In this document: piece after piece, positions 30,095 through 37,736 of the stretch
How positions within the stretch are numbered: the first letter of the stretch is position 1
Layout of the letters: every line of letters begins with the position of its first letter
Virus record (IMG/VR): IMGVR_UViG_3300048121_001678
Location: 233,165-297,164 of that record
DNA: 64,000 nucleotides
Reading direction: 5' to 3' (one strand)
Notes under the pieces: generated by a model
What the model was told of the DNA's origin: nothing
What the model saw: the letters and a program-made list of their open reading frames with translations, nothing else
Database searches by the model: none
Position numbers and translations under genes: made by a program

Positions 30095-30393
30095 TTAGTA
30101 TATATAATATGTTAGATTTTAAAAATGGAATAATTTTAAACAACTTAAAAATAATGAGATTTTTAAGTTCTCTTGGTATTTTGCTTATATTTGTAACTCA
30201 ATGTAGTGTTGATAAGAACGTCACCGTGAATACTAAGACTGTTGACTTATCTGAATTGGATAGTGTTGATTGTGTACTATGGTGGGAAGTTCAGAACGAT
30301 ACCTTAAAGGTTTGGACTAAGGAAGATGAAAGACGAGCCGATATTGAGAGATATAATTACATTCGTTCATTAGACACAACAGGATGGGAATAA
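30079..30393 (+). CDS. Putative lipoprotein or membrane protein (start probably downstream)
   Basis: Hydrophobic stretch ending in TQ-C. Confidence 0.5.
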   Translation: MDKKLISIYNMLDFKNGIILNNLKIMRFLSSLGILLIFVTQCSVDKNVTVNTKTVDLSELDSVDCVLWWEVQNDTLKVWTKEDERRADIERYNYIRSLDTTGWE

Positions 30394-30394
30394 G

Positions 30395-30511
30395 ATGAAA
30401 GAGAAAGTATTAAAATATAACAACGACTGGAAAGGTCGTAGAATATACGAAGAGAATAAAAAGAAAGAGTTGGTCAATAAGACTAAAACCTTTAACACCA
30501 AAGAGAGATGA
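30395..30511 (+). CDS. Cassette micro-ORF ending FNTKER
   Basis: 38 aa MKEKVLKYNNDWKGRR..TFNTKER*. Confidence 0.55.
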   Translation: MKEKVLKYNNDWKGRRIYEENKKKELVNKTKTFNTKER

Positions 30512-30639
30512 GTGATAAAAATAAAGAAACAGAGATGTTAAGAGCTTCATTAATGAAGAAAGTTAGTGAACTAAATGATAATGAAATTATATCTTTATAT
30601 GATGACTTATCTGAATTCTTTAACACCAAAGAGAGATGA
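30508..30639 (+). CDS. Cassette micro-ORF (43 aa), copy 1
   Basis: MSDKNKETEMLRASLMKKVSELNDNEIISLYDDLSEFFNTKER*. Confidence 0.7.
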   Translation: MSDKNKETEMLRASLMKKVSELNDNEIISLYDDLSEFFNTKER

Positions 30640-30767
30640 AAAGATATTGGAATAAATTCCTCAACTTCATATTACCAAATAGAAGAGAGAGGTTACTTAT
30701 TGAAATAATGAAACGAGACCAAGATTTGGGTCTCTATGATGAAACCTTTAACACCAAAGAGAAATGA
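30636..30767 (+). CDS. Cassette micro-ORF (43 aa)
   Basis: MKRYWNKFLNFILPNRRERLLIEIMKRDQDLGLYDETFNTKEK*. Confidence 0.65.
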   Translation: MKRYWNKFLNFILPNRRERLLIEIMKRDQDLGLYDETFNTKEK

Positions 30768-31045
30768 GTGAAGTAAATCCAAATTACAATCCACAAGCAG
30801 ATTTTGACAACTTTGGTGAAGAGATGGAACACATCGTTAAGACAACACCTAAAGAGGTGCTAAAAAAGGAGTGGGATAAAGTATTAGCAGAATATGGTAC
30901 TGATACACACGACAAGATTCTATCTATGACTGATGACTTTGTTCAGTCTAATCGTAGTGAAGGACAAACCTATGCTCATTATCACTATGATATGATGGCA
31001 GACTTTGCTCTACATATATTAGAAACCTTTAACACCAAAGAATGA
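30764..31045 (+). CDS. Cassette ORF (93 aa)
   Basis: Ends ETFNTKE*. Confidence 0.7.
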   Translation: MSEVNPNYNPQADFDNFGEEMEHIVKTTPKEVLKKEWDKVLAEYGTDTHDKILSMTDDFVQSNRSEGQTYAHYHYDMMADFALHILETFNTKE

Positions 31046-31098
31046 TAGTCAAAGTGTTTTGATTATCACATATTGAGAAATTTTAACACCAAAGAGAG

Positions 31099-31230
31099 AT
31101 GAGTGATACAAATAAAGAAACAGAGTTGTTAAGAGCTTCATTAATGAAGAGAGTTAGTGAACTAAGTGATAATGAGATTATATCTTTATATGATGACTTA
31201 TCTGAATTCTTAAACACCGAAGAGAAATGA
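31099..31230 (+). CDS. Cassette micro-ORF (43 aa), copy 2 of 30508..30639
   Basis: MSDTNKETELLRASLMKRVSELSDNEIISLYDDLSEFLNTEEK*. Confidence 0.7.
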   Translation: MSDTNKETELLRASLMKRVSELSDNEIISLYDDLSEFLNTEEK

Positions 31231-31484
31231 ACGAAGTAGAAATCTTTATCAACCGTCTCAAGAAAATTGGTATTGAGCTTGAGTTAATGGGTAATCTACC
31301 TTGGATTTACTTACACAAAGTAGATGGTAATAGGGTACAACCTGAAGATTATAATGCTAATCACGGTTACACTATTGCTTGGTACCCTGTTAGAGTGGAC
31401 CAAAAGATACATCTTGATAGTAATTTGAAACGAACCTTTGAAGTAATTAGAAAATACAAATCCTTTAACACCAAAGAGAAATGA
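31227..31484 (+). CDS. Cassette ORF (85 aa)
   Basis: Ends KSFNTKEK*. Confidence 0.7.
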   Translation: MNEVEIFINRLKKIGIELELMGNLPWIYLHKVDGNRVQPEDYNANHGYTIAWYPVRVDQKIHLDSNLKRTFEVIRKYKSFNTKEK

Positions 31485-31630
31485 AACTAAAAGTCAGAGG
31501 AGAAAAATATGATGTATACGGTCAGTTCTACATCATTCCAACCATCAAAGTAACCCACGACAAATTACTATATGGATATTATACCATAGATTTAGTTTGG
31601 GGAAAATGGGGTGTTTCAATTTGCTTTTAG
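31481..31630 (+). CDS. 49 aa micro-ORF after the last repeat
   Basis: MKLKVRGEKYDVYGQFYIIPTIK..WGKWGVSICF*. Confidence 0.55.
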   Translation: MKLKVRGEKYDVYGQFYIIPTIKVTHDKLLYGYYTIDLVWGKWGVSICF

Positions 31631-31649
31631 TCTCTTTACGGCTCACAAA

Positions 31650-31679
31650 TGTCAAGTATATTGCACAAAATACTTGACA
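31650..31679. promoter_or_regulatory. Perfect 10-bp inverted repeat, possible operator
   Basis: tgtcaagtat-N10-atacttgaca upstream of the 31768 operon. Confidence 0.45.
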
Positions 31680-31767
31680 AATGAGATACAATGTTCAACA
31701 AAATTATTTGACTTATAATATTATTTAGACTACACTATGTTTAAGTATTAAATTAAAAAGATTAAAC

Positions 31768-31953
31768 ATGGAAAACTTATTAAACAAACTTTCAGAATTC
31801 ACTAACAAATGGTATCCTATCATTCTTGCATTCATCTGTCTATTATACTCAGTTGGATTAGGACTATTAGGTCACACTAACGAGGCAGCATATTCTGCAC
31901 ACTGGCCAGGAACAATTTTATTATTCGCAATCGCAATCAGACAAAGACGTTAA
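31768..31953 (+). CDS. Small 2-TM membrane protein
   Basis: WYPIILAFICLLYSVGLGL..YSAHWPGTILLF. Confidence 0.65.
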   Translation: MENLLNKLSEFTNKWYPIILAFICLLYSVGLGLLGHTNEAAYSAHWPGTILLFAIAIRQRR

Positions 31954-31955
31954 TT

Positions 31956-32177
31956 ATGAGCACAGGATTTTTCATAGTAGGAGCAGTTATTTTCTCAATC
32001 TATATGTATTTCACCATATGGAACATTAATAGAGGTGCAAAAGCACAACAGGAAGAAAACGAAAGAAAAGAATTACAAAGAAGATATTCAGAGAATTCAA
32101 TGGTTGATTACGATGGTATGGGTAATTTCAGTAGAATGCCAATTTCAAGACCCAAAAAGAAATCTAAGGTATTATGA
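31956..32177 (+). CDS. Small membrane-anchored protein
   Basis: N-terminal TM; VDYDGMGNFSR. Confidence 0.6.
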   Translation: MSTGFFIVGAVIFSIYMYFTIWNINRGAKAQQEENERKELQRRYSENSMVDYDGMGNFSRMPISRPKKKSKVL

Positions 32178-32749
32178 AACATCTGATAGTTGTCGGCCAC
32201 CCAAATAAGGAATCCTTTTGTCATAATGGAATTTATAAAACCATTGTAGATACATTAAAAAGTAATAATCAGGACTATACGACCATCGACTTATATGAGG
32301 ACAAACTCCATAGAAATAAATTGGACCTTATCAAATATTATCAGGATAAAGTAAAAGAGTCCACTCACATTTATTTTATCTCACCAGTATGGTGGTTTAG
32401 AATGGTTCCGAAGATGGAGACATTCTTTGATGAGGTTTTTACACCAGGATTTGCATATAAGTTTGTCCCTATCATTGGAAAGTATGCGTACCCTAAACCA
32501 TTTTTAAAAGATAAGAAGGTAAGAACATACATTACCCACGGAGCACCTATGTTACCGGTAGTTACATTATATCTTAACTCTGTAAAGTTAAGATTGGTGA
32601 TGGGTGTTTATACATTTGTATTTGGATGGAAACCTTCACGATGGTTAAAGACAAAACAATTTTGGTCTGTACCTTTTGTCACCGATGAAAAGAGAAAAAA
32701 ATATCTACGTGTCGTAGAGAAAGACATTAAAAGAGACCTTAAATGTTAA
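32174..32749 (+). CDS. NAD(P)H-dependent oxidoreductase (flavodoxin-2, KefF/NQO-like)
   Basis: LIVVGHP..SFC, PVWWFR.VP..FFDEVF..GFAY. Confidence 0.88.
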   Translation: MKHLIVVGHPNKESFCHNGIYKTIVDTLKSNNQDYTTIDLYEDKLHRNKLDLIKYYQDKVKESTHIYFISPVWWFRMVPKMETFFDEVFTPGFAYKFVPIIGKYAYPKPFLKDKKVRTYITHGAPMLPVVTLYLNSVKLRLVMGVYTFVFGWKPSRWLKTKQFWSVPFVTDEKRKKYLRVVEKDIKRDLKC

Positions 32750-33159
32750 CAATACCTGAATACGATAAAATCCAAGCATATGAAAACTCTTACCATATTG
32801 CTGTAGACTTTGATGGTGTAATATGTGAAAGTACCAAAGGATTCCATGACGGTACAGCATATGGAGAACCAATTAAGGACACTATTGACTCCATTAAAGA
32901 ACTATATAATAAGGGATTTACTTTGGTAGTATTCACAGGTAAGGTTAAAAAAGACCGACCAAATATAGGTGGTAAAACAGGTTTAGAAATTGTTGAAGAG
33001 TGGTTAGTAAAATACGACTTACTCAAATACTTCAAAGAGATTACTAGCGACAAACCAAGAGCACTTATTTATATTGACGACAATGGTTATCGTTTTGATA
33101 ACTGGAAAAACACATTAAAATTCATTGATAATATATCAAATACAGAAAAAAATAATTAA
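32743..33159 (+). CDS. HAD-like phosphatase
   Basis: IAVDFDGVI, FTG, KP.ALIYIDD. Confidence 0.8.
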   Translation: MLTIPEYDKIQAYENSYHIAVDFDGVICESTKGFHDGTAYGEPIKDTIDSIKELYNKGFTLVVFTGKVKKDRPNIGGKTGLEIVEEWLVKYDLLKYFKEITSDKPRALIYIDDNGYRFDNWKNTLKFIDNISNTEKNN

Positions 33160-33161
33160 TT

Positions 33162-33518
33162 ATGAAAGAAAATGAGATGTACTCCCTTTTAGAAATACAG
33201 TACTTAAAGGGAAGACTAGATGAATTACATAAAGCAATACCTACCATCACTAACATGGACCGTAGTCGTAAGTTAGATGTTAGACTTCAAAAATATTACG
33301 AAAAACTTAAGTCTGTTTCTGAATTAGCCTATCACCTATACCAAGTGGAGAGACAAAACCAGATGATATCTAAAGATAAAAACAAAAAGTTGATGAACCA
33401 ATTACTGTTAGAAGTATCAACAGTACTGACCTCAGTATCAATAAATACACCAACTGTCGATGAGTATGATATTACAGAACTATTAGACAGAATTAAAAAA
33501 CAAATAGAAAAATACTAA
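33162..33518 (+). CDS. Hypothetical helical protein
   Basis: 118 aa ORF. Confidence 0.65.
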   Translation: MKENEMYSLLEIQYLKGRLDELHKAIPTITNMDRSRKLDVRLQKYYEKLKSVSELAYHLYQVERQNQMISKDKNKKLMNQLLLEVSTVLTSVSINTPTVDEYDITELLDRIKKQIEKY

Positions 33519-33527
33519 ATAAAAGTT

Positions 33528-33695
33528 ATGTTCGGACTATTCAAAAAGAAAACAAAAGAAGAAATACTTCAAAAAAAATACGATAAATTAATTGACGAAT
33601 CATATAAATTATCCACAATCAATAGAGCTAAAAGTGATGAAAAAGCTTTTGAAGCCAATGAAGTTTTAAAACAAATAGATAATTTAACAGAATAA
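33528..33695 (+). CDS. 55 aa protein resembling the flavobacterial Lacal_2735 family (not in the ORF track)
   Basis: MFGLFKKKT..LQKKY..LS..NRAKSD.K..EA..VLKQI; family recalled from memory. Confidence 0.7.
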   Translation: MFGLFKKKTKEEILQKKYDKLIDESYKLSTINRAKSDEKAFEANEVLKQIDNLTE

Positions 33696-33721
33696 TTGTT
33701 GTTAGTTTAAATTTTTTAACT

Positions 33722-33759
33722 TACATTTGTTGTGTTGAAAGACAAAAAGTTATTTGAAA
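33722..33759 (+). promoter_or_regulatory. Host-type promoter and boxA-like element for the tRNA operon
   Basis: TACATTTG (33722-33729), GTTATTTGAAA (33749-33759). Confidence 0.55.
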
Positions 33760-33818
33760 TGTCGGAAAGAATTTAGTACCGATGCCGCTGTGGTGGAATT
33801 GGTAGACACGAGGGACTT

Positions 33819-34490
33819 AAATAGTTACCACGTATGACTTTTCTATACTTTGATACTATTTATAGTTATGAAAGTAACAGATGAAGAGATAATAGAAGCA
33901 TGTGAGTCTGAATTGACTATGTCACGTGCAGCAAGTAAACTAAAGATTCACTTTAACACACTTAAGAGGAGGGCAGTTTTACTTGGAGTTTATAAACCTA
34001 ACCAATCAGGTAAAGGAACTAATAAACGACACAATGGTAGTAAATTACCTTTGAATGAGATTTTAAAAGGTTTACATCCACATTATCAAACTAATAAGTT
34101 ACGACATAGACTTATAAAAGAAGGTATCAAAGAAGAAAAGTGTGAAGTCTGTGGAATCACTGAATGGTTAGGTAAAAAATTAAGTTTTGAATTAGACCAT
34201 ATTGACGGTGATAGAACTAATCATAGATTAGAAAATATTAGAATAATATGTCCTAATTGTCATTCACAGACAGAAACATACCGAGGTAAAAACACTTGAG
34301 TGCACGAAGAGAAATCTTTGATGTAGAACCTCTCAAATTCGGGGAAACCTGTAAAATGGCAATCCCGAGCGAAGCCCGAAAGGGAACGTGTAGAGACTTA
34401 ACGGGAGGGACCCTAACGTGAAGACGAGGGTTAAGAGAAAGTCCAGACCACAAACATCATATGATGGCAACGAAAGTTGTAGTTGGTACG
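33819..34490 (+). mobile_element. Group I intron (cyanobacterial/plastid tRNA-Leu IC3-like) with an HNH ORF in L1
   Basis: Insertion after U34, terminal G; IGS GAGU at 34298-34301; P3 CCUCUC/GGGAGG; P4 UUCGGG/CCCGAG; R GUGUAGAGACUUAA; P8 CCCUAACGUGAAGACGAGGG; S AAGAGAAAGUCC. Confidence 0.9.
33868..34299 (+). CDS. Intron-encoded HNH homing endonuclease
   Basis: N-terminal HTH-like; CEVCG..ELDHIDGD..N..LENIR.ICPNCHSQT; stop codon overlaps the IGS; own TATTTAT at 33857-33863. Confidence 0.88.
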   Translation: MKVTDEEIIEACESELTMSRAASKLKIHFNTLKRRAVLLGVYKPNQSGKGTNKRHNGSKLPLNEILKGLHPHYQTNKLRHRLIKEGIKEEKCEVCGITEWLGKKLSFELDHIDGDRTNHRLENIRIICPNCHSQTETYRGKNT

Positions 34491-34611
34491 AAAATCCCTT
34501 GGACAGTAATGTCCGTGGCGGTTCGAGCCCGCCCAGCGGTACGATAGATAGGGAGTTATCCAATACTAGTTGGAACTAGATAACTTTAAAAAAGAACCCT
34601 ATCTTTTACAT

Positions 34612-34685
34612 GCACCCATAGCTCAGCTGGATAGAGCATCTGCCTTCTAAGCAGACGGTCTCAGGTTCGAATCCTGATGGGTGTA
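34612..34685 (+). tRNA. trnR: tRNA-Arg(UCU)
   Basis: GCACCCA/TGGGTGT acceptor; TCTGC-CTTCTAA-GCAGA; no encoded CCA. Confidence 0.93.
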
Positions 34686-34720
34686 CTGGTGAACACAACT
34701 TAGTTGTAAGTAACCTAAAC

Positions 34721-34794
34721 GGACTTTTAGCTCAGTTGGTTAGAGCACCTGACTCATAATCAGTAGGTCGATGGTTCGAGCCCATCAAGGTCCA
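34721..34794 (+). tRNA. tRNA with CAU anticodon (Ile2-like or elongator Met)
   Basis: GGACTTT/AAGGTCC acceptor; loop CTCATAA. Confidence 0.88.
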
Positions 34795-34964
34795 CGTTGT
34801 TGTATTAAATAAAAATAACCAATATCTTTATATTACAGAAAATGTAATGTATATTTGTACTACGAGAGAGAGACAGTAAAGCTGATTAAATTGAGATTAT
34901 GGTAAAGGTTAACCACTCATTCACGCAGTAACCTTGAAAGACCCGAAAACCTCTCTCTTTTAAA

Positions 34965-35037
34965 GCCTTAATAGCTCAGTTGGTAGAGCAGCACATTTGT
35001 AATGTGCGGGTCGGCGGTTCGAGTCCGTCTTGAGGCT
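34965..35037 (+). tRNA. trnT: tRNA-Thr(UGU)
   Basis: GCCTTAA/TTGAGGC; GCACA-TTTGTAA-TGTGC. Confidence 0.92.
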
Positions 35038-35114
35038 CATTAACTGAAACATACCGTTCCTTAAATACGGGTAACGGAAGACCAGGTAGAGAACATTAAG
35101 TAATCTACCAAATA

Positions 35115-35199
35115 GGAAGATTGACAGAGTGGTCGATTGTACTGGTCTTGAAAACCAGCGTACCGAAAGGTACCGTAGGTTCGAATCCTACATCTTCCG
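35115..35199 (+). tRNA. trnS: tRNA-Ser(UGA)
   Basis: GGAAGAT/ATCTTCC; CTGGT-CTTGAAA-ACCAG; long variable arm. Confidence 0.93.
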
Positions 35200-35205
35200 C
35201 AACAA

Positions 35206-35288
35206 TGGGGAGTTGAGCAATTGGTTGGCTCGACAGACTGTAAATCTGTTCCTTTTTAGGCTTGGGGGTTCGAGTCCCTCCTCCCCAA
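35206..35288 (+). tRNA. trnY: tRNA-Tyr(GUA)
   Basis: TGGGGAG/CTCCCCA; ACAGA-CTGTAAA-TCTGT; long variable arm. Confidence 0.9.
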
Positions 35289-35290
35289 CG

Positions 35291-35698
35291 AAGTGAGTTC
35301 TTTGACATATTTAAACTTTAACAAATTATGGAAATAACATCATTTATTTTAGGTGTATGTGCGGTCATTGTTCTTATGATGGTCATGGGTACGTTTGTGA
35401 ATTACATGACAACATCGTCCTTGAAAAAGGAAATAAACGGTCTCCAAAAAGAAGTTGAAAATCTTCATAGAGACTTAGAAACCAAAGAACGACAACTCTA
35501 TGATTTTGGTAGTAGTTTGGACCAAAATCTTCGTGATGAATTAGAGAAACTATATCGTCACATAGATAGTCGAGTAGACAAACTTGAAAATGGGGTATCC
35601 CAACAGATTGCTGACATTTACCGTCAGCTAGATAAATTAGAAAACGAAGGAGAGTCCGTTATTAACGGGTAATCCATAAAACGTTAAAGAACTCACTT
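35291..35698 (+). repeat. 16-bp inverted repeat (boxA-like arm) bracketing ORF 35328..35672
   Basis: AAGTGAGTTCTTTGAC (35291-35306) vs GTTAAAGAACTCACTT (35683-35698); the only mismatch is a G.U pair. Confidence 0.75.
35328..35672 (+). CDS. Membrane-anchored coiled-coil protein
   Basis: N-terminal TM then heptad-like helix; terminator at about 35700-35731. Confidence 0.7.
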   Translation: MEITSFILGVCAVIVLMMVMGTFVNYMTTSSLKKEINGLQKEVENLHRDLETKERQLYDFGSSLDQNLRDELEKLYRHIDSRVDKLENGVSQQIADIYRQLDKLENEGESVING

Positions 35699-35763
35699 AA
35701 AAACCCCTTCAGAAATGTTGGGGTTTTTTTTATTATTAATGAAAAAAGTTTTATATTTGTATT

Positions 35764-35961
35764 ATGGAAAAATTGAATACATGTAAAGAATGTCCGTGGG
35801 TAGTTAGAAATAACCATAATAACACCATTGTTAATTTTTCTAAAAGGATGGATAAATCACATAACTGTCATATGATTAATGGTGGTAAAGACCTTTGGAA
35901 TGCGACTGAGAGTACAAAGTGTAATGGGAGAAAACATTATGAATCTTTGGTTTCGTCGTAA
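35764..35961 (+). CDS. Small Cys/His protein
   Basis: CKECPW..H.CH..C; TATATTTG at 35752-35759. Confidence 0.6.
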   Translation: MEKLNTCKECPWVVRNNHNNTIVNFSKRMDKSHNCHMINGGKDLWNATESTKCNGRKHYESLVSS

Positions 35962-36063
35962 ATGCTGGATAAACCCATCATTAACCACGTTTTTAACCCT
36001 TAATGATGGTTTTTCCATACATTTATAACACACTTAAATTATTAACCATAGAAGAATTAGACA

Positions 36064-36285
36064 ATGAGTGAAGATAAAGAATATTTTAAAAAAGGTGTTG
36101 AATATTATTTTAAGTTCAATAATGATGACCCGATTAAGTTTGCAGAATCAACTGAAGACTTATCTGATATGGAGTCGATTGAAAGAAGTACTCTTAAGAT
36201 GGAGGTTGGTCCGTGGGATGGTAGTGAAATTAGTTGGAAGATTGGAATGAAAAAGTTTAAGATTTATTCGAAAGAGAAGGAATAA
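36064..36285 (+). CDS. Hypothetical protein
   Basis: 73 aa ORF. Confidence 0.55.
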   Translation: MSEDKEYFKKGVEYYFKFNNDDPIKFAESTEDLSDMESIERSTLKMEVGPWDGSEISWKIGMKKFKIYSKEKE

Positions 36286-36319
36286 TTTCGTATATTTGTA
36301 TTGTTAAACAGATAAAGAT

Positions 36320-36652
36320 ATGGCAAGAGAAAAATTATGGCGTAATGTAAGTGGTGAGTATAACTATCAATTCAATTGGATTGATGAGAACGGTAGTACC
36401 TGTGGATTCAATGATGTATGGGCACCTAACAAGCGTGAAGCGGTTAAAAGAGCAAAGAAAATGGAGACTAAGGCTCATTGGTCTCTTTGGGATGAGGACA
36501 AACGTGAATACGTTACTGTACCTAACAAAGTAGAAGGTAAAGGTCATTGCTTTCGTATGAAGGGTATATATGTTGATACTAAGTCAATGTATAAGGCGAC
36601 TTTTAAACAGGCGGATGATATGAATCGTTTAGGTTGGATGATGACGATATAA
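36320..36652 (+). CDS. Hypothetical protein
   Basis: TATATTTG at 36291-36298. Confidence 0.65.
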   Translation: MAREKLWRNVSGEYNYQFNWIDENGSTCGFNDVWAPNKREAVKRAKKMETKAHWSLWDEDKREYVTVPNKVEGKGHCFRMKGIYVDTKSMYKATFKQADDMNRLGWMMTI

Positions 36653-36666
36653 TTAGAATAGTAAAT

Positions 36667-36900
36667 ATGAAAGCAACAATAGAATTTGATTTACACGACC
36701 CTGAAGATAAAAGGGAACACCAACGTATGTTAAAGAGCATGGATATGCATCTTGCTCTATGGGACATCTCTCAAGAGATACGTTCTAAAATTAAGTACGA
36801 ATCTGACTCAATGAGTGAAGACGAGTACAAAGCGTGGGGACAAGCACAAGAAATGTTCTACCGTATTATCAACGATTACACAATAGATTTAGAATTATAA
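36667..36900 (+). CDS. Hypothetical phage protein
   Basis: MKATIEFDL.DPED; start refined. Confidence 0.65.
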   Translation: MKATIEFDLHDPEDKREHQRMLKSMDMHLALWDISQEIRSKIKYESDSMSEDEYKAWGQAQEMFYRIINDYTIDLEL

Positions 36901-37073
36901 TGGCATACGTAGTATTAAAACACTCATCCGACAGTAAACATACTGTCATCGTAAACGACTCTGAAGGTATTGCAATGGAATTTGATACACATGAACAGGC
37001 ACAAGCAGTTGCCGAACTGTTCCAAGCAAACACAACACACGGTTCAAAATACGAAGTAAAGAAACTATCATGA
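36900..37073 (+). CDS. Small hypothetical protein
   Basis: Start refined to MAYVVLK; coupled on both sides. Confidence 0.6.
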   Translation: MAYVVLKHSSDSKHTVIVNDSEGIAMEFDTHEQAQAVAELFQANTTHGSKYEVKKLS

Positions 37074-37444
37074 AATTAGCACTAATAGCACACGACGGAA
37101 AAAAGTCAGATATGGTCGCATTCGTTATGAAGAGATTAAAATTCTTCAATAGAGCAGATGTTAACATTGTTACCACAGGAACAACAGGTAAGAAGATATT
37201 ACACGCTGGTGTTGATAAGGTTGAGGCAGTGGCATCTGGACCTTTGGGTGGTGATGCCGAGATTGGTGCCATGGTTACACGTGGAGAAATTGATGGGGTG
37301 TTCTTTTTTAGAGACCCGTTAGATAAACACCCACATGAACCTGATGTTCAAATGTTAATGAGATTATGTGATGTCCATGATATTCCATTAGCAACAAATT
37401 ATAAAAGTGGACATATAATGGTTAAATATTTTGAAAGAAAATGA
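37070..37444 (+). CDS. mgsA: Methylglyoxal synthase
   Basis: LALIAHD.KK, TTGTTG, SGPLGGD.EIG, FRDPL..HPHEPDV..L.RLCDV. Confidence 0.95.
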   Translation: MKLALIAHDGKKSDMVAFVMKRLKFFNRADVNIVTTGTTGKKILHAGVDKVEAVASGPLGGDAEIGAMVTRGEIDGVFFFRDPLDKHPHEPDVQMLMRLCDVHDIPLATNYKSGHIMVKYFERK

Positions 37445-37722
37445 CACACAATTGTTTAATATGTGATAAAATCGCAGATAGAAAAGTAACGACATCTCTT
37501 AATCAGGGAGAATTATATCTTTGTTCAAGTAAAAAGTGTAAGACAATGTTAAAGAATCGTTTAACTGAAAATATAGAAAAAATTGAAGACGACCCTATGG
37601 ATTTTCAAGGTAAGTCACCTAAACAATATGAATCAAGTGGTAAAGCAATGATTTGGTCATTTACTTTAATTGTTATTGTGGTGATAATTTATGGTATATA
37701 TAAATTATCGACAAACTATTAA
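37441..37722 (+). CDS. Zn-ribbon protein with C-terminal TM
   Basis: CLIC..LCSSKKC; hydrophobic C-terminus. Confidence 0.6.
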   Translation: MTHNCLICDKIADRKVTTSLNQGELYLCSSKKCKTMLKNRLTENIEKIEDDPMDFQGKSPKQYESSGKAMIWSFTLIVIVVIIYGIYKLSTNY

Positions 37723-37736
37723 TAAGACAAAAAAAA

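Larger units (their letters stand above)
30489..31484 (+). repeat. Array of 7 copies of a ~22-bp repeat (c)TTTAACACCAAAGAGARATGA separating micro-gene cassettes
   Basis: Core copies start at 30491, 30619, 30747, 31028, 31082, 31210 (degenerate) and 31464; each ends in an ATGA stop/start overlap. Confidence 0.92.
33784..34541 (+). tRNA. trnL: tRNA-Leu(UAA), split by an intron (exons 33784-33818 and 34491-34541)
   Basis: Joined exons give acceptor GCCGCTG/CAGCGGT, anticodon arm AGGGA-CTTAAAA-TCCCT, long variable arm and T-loop TTCGAGC. Confidence 0.92.

Noticed and set aside
30489-31484. CRISPR array
   Set aside because: Spacers are 30-260 bp, irregular and protein-coding; the repeat is non-palindromic; no cas genes. 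Reported as a cassette array instead.
34253-35308. ORFs 34253..34453, 34333..34563 and 35105..35308 (-)
   Set aside because: Antisense shadows of the intron core and tRNA genes.
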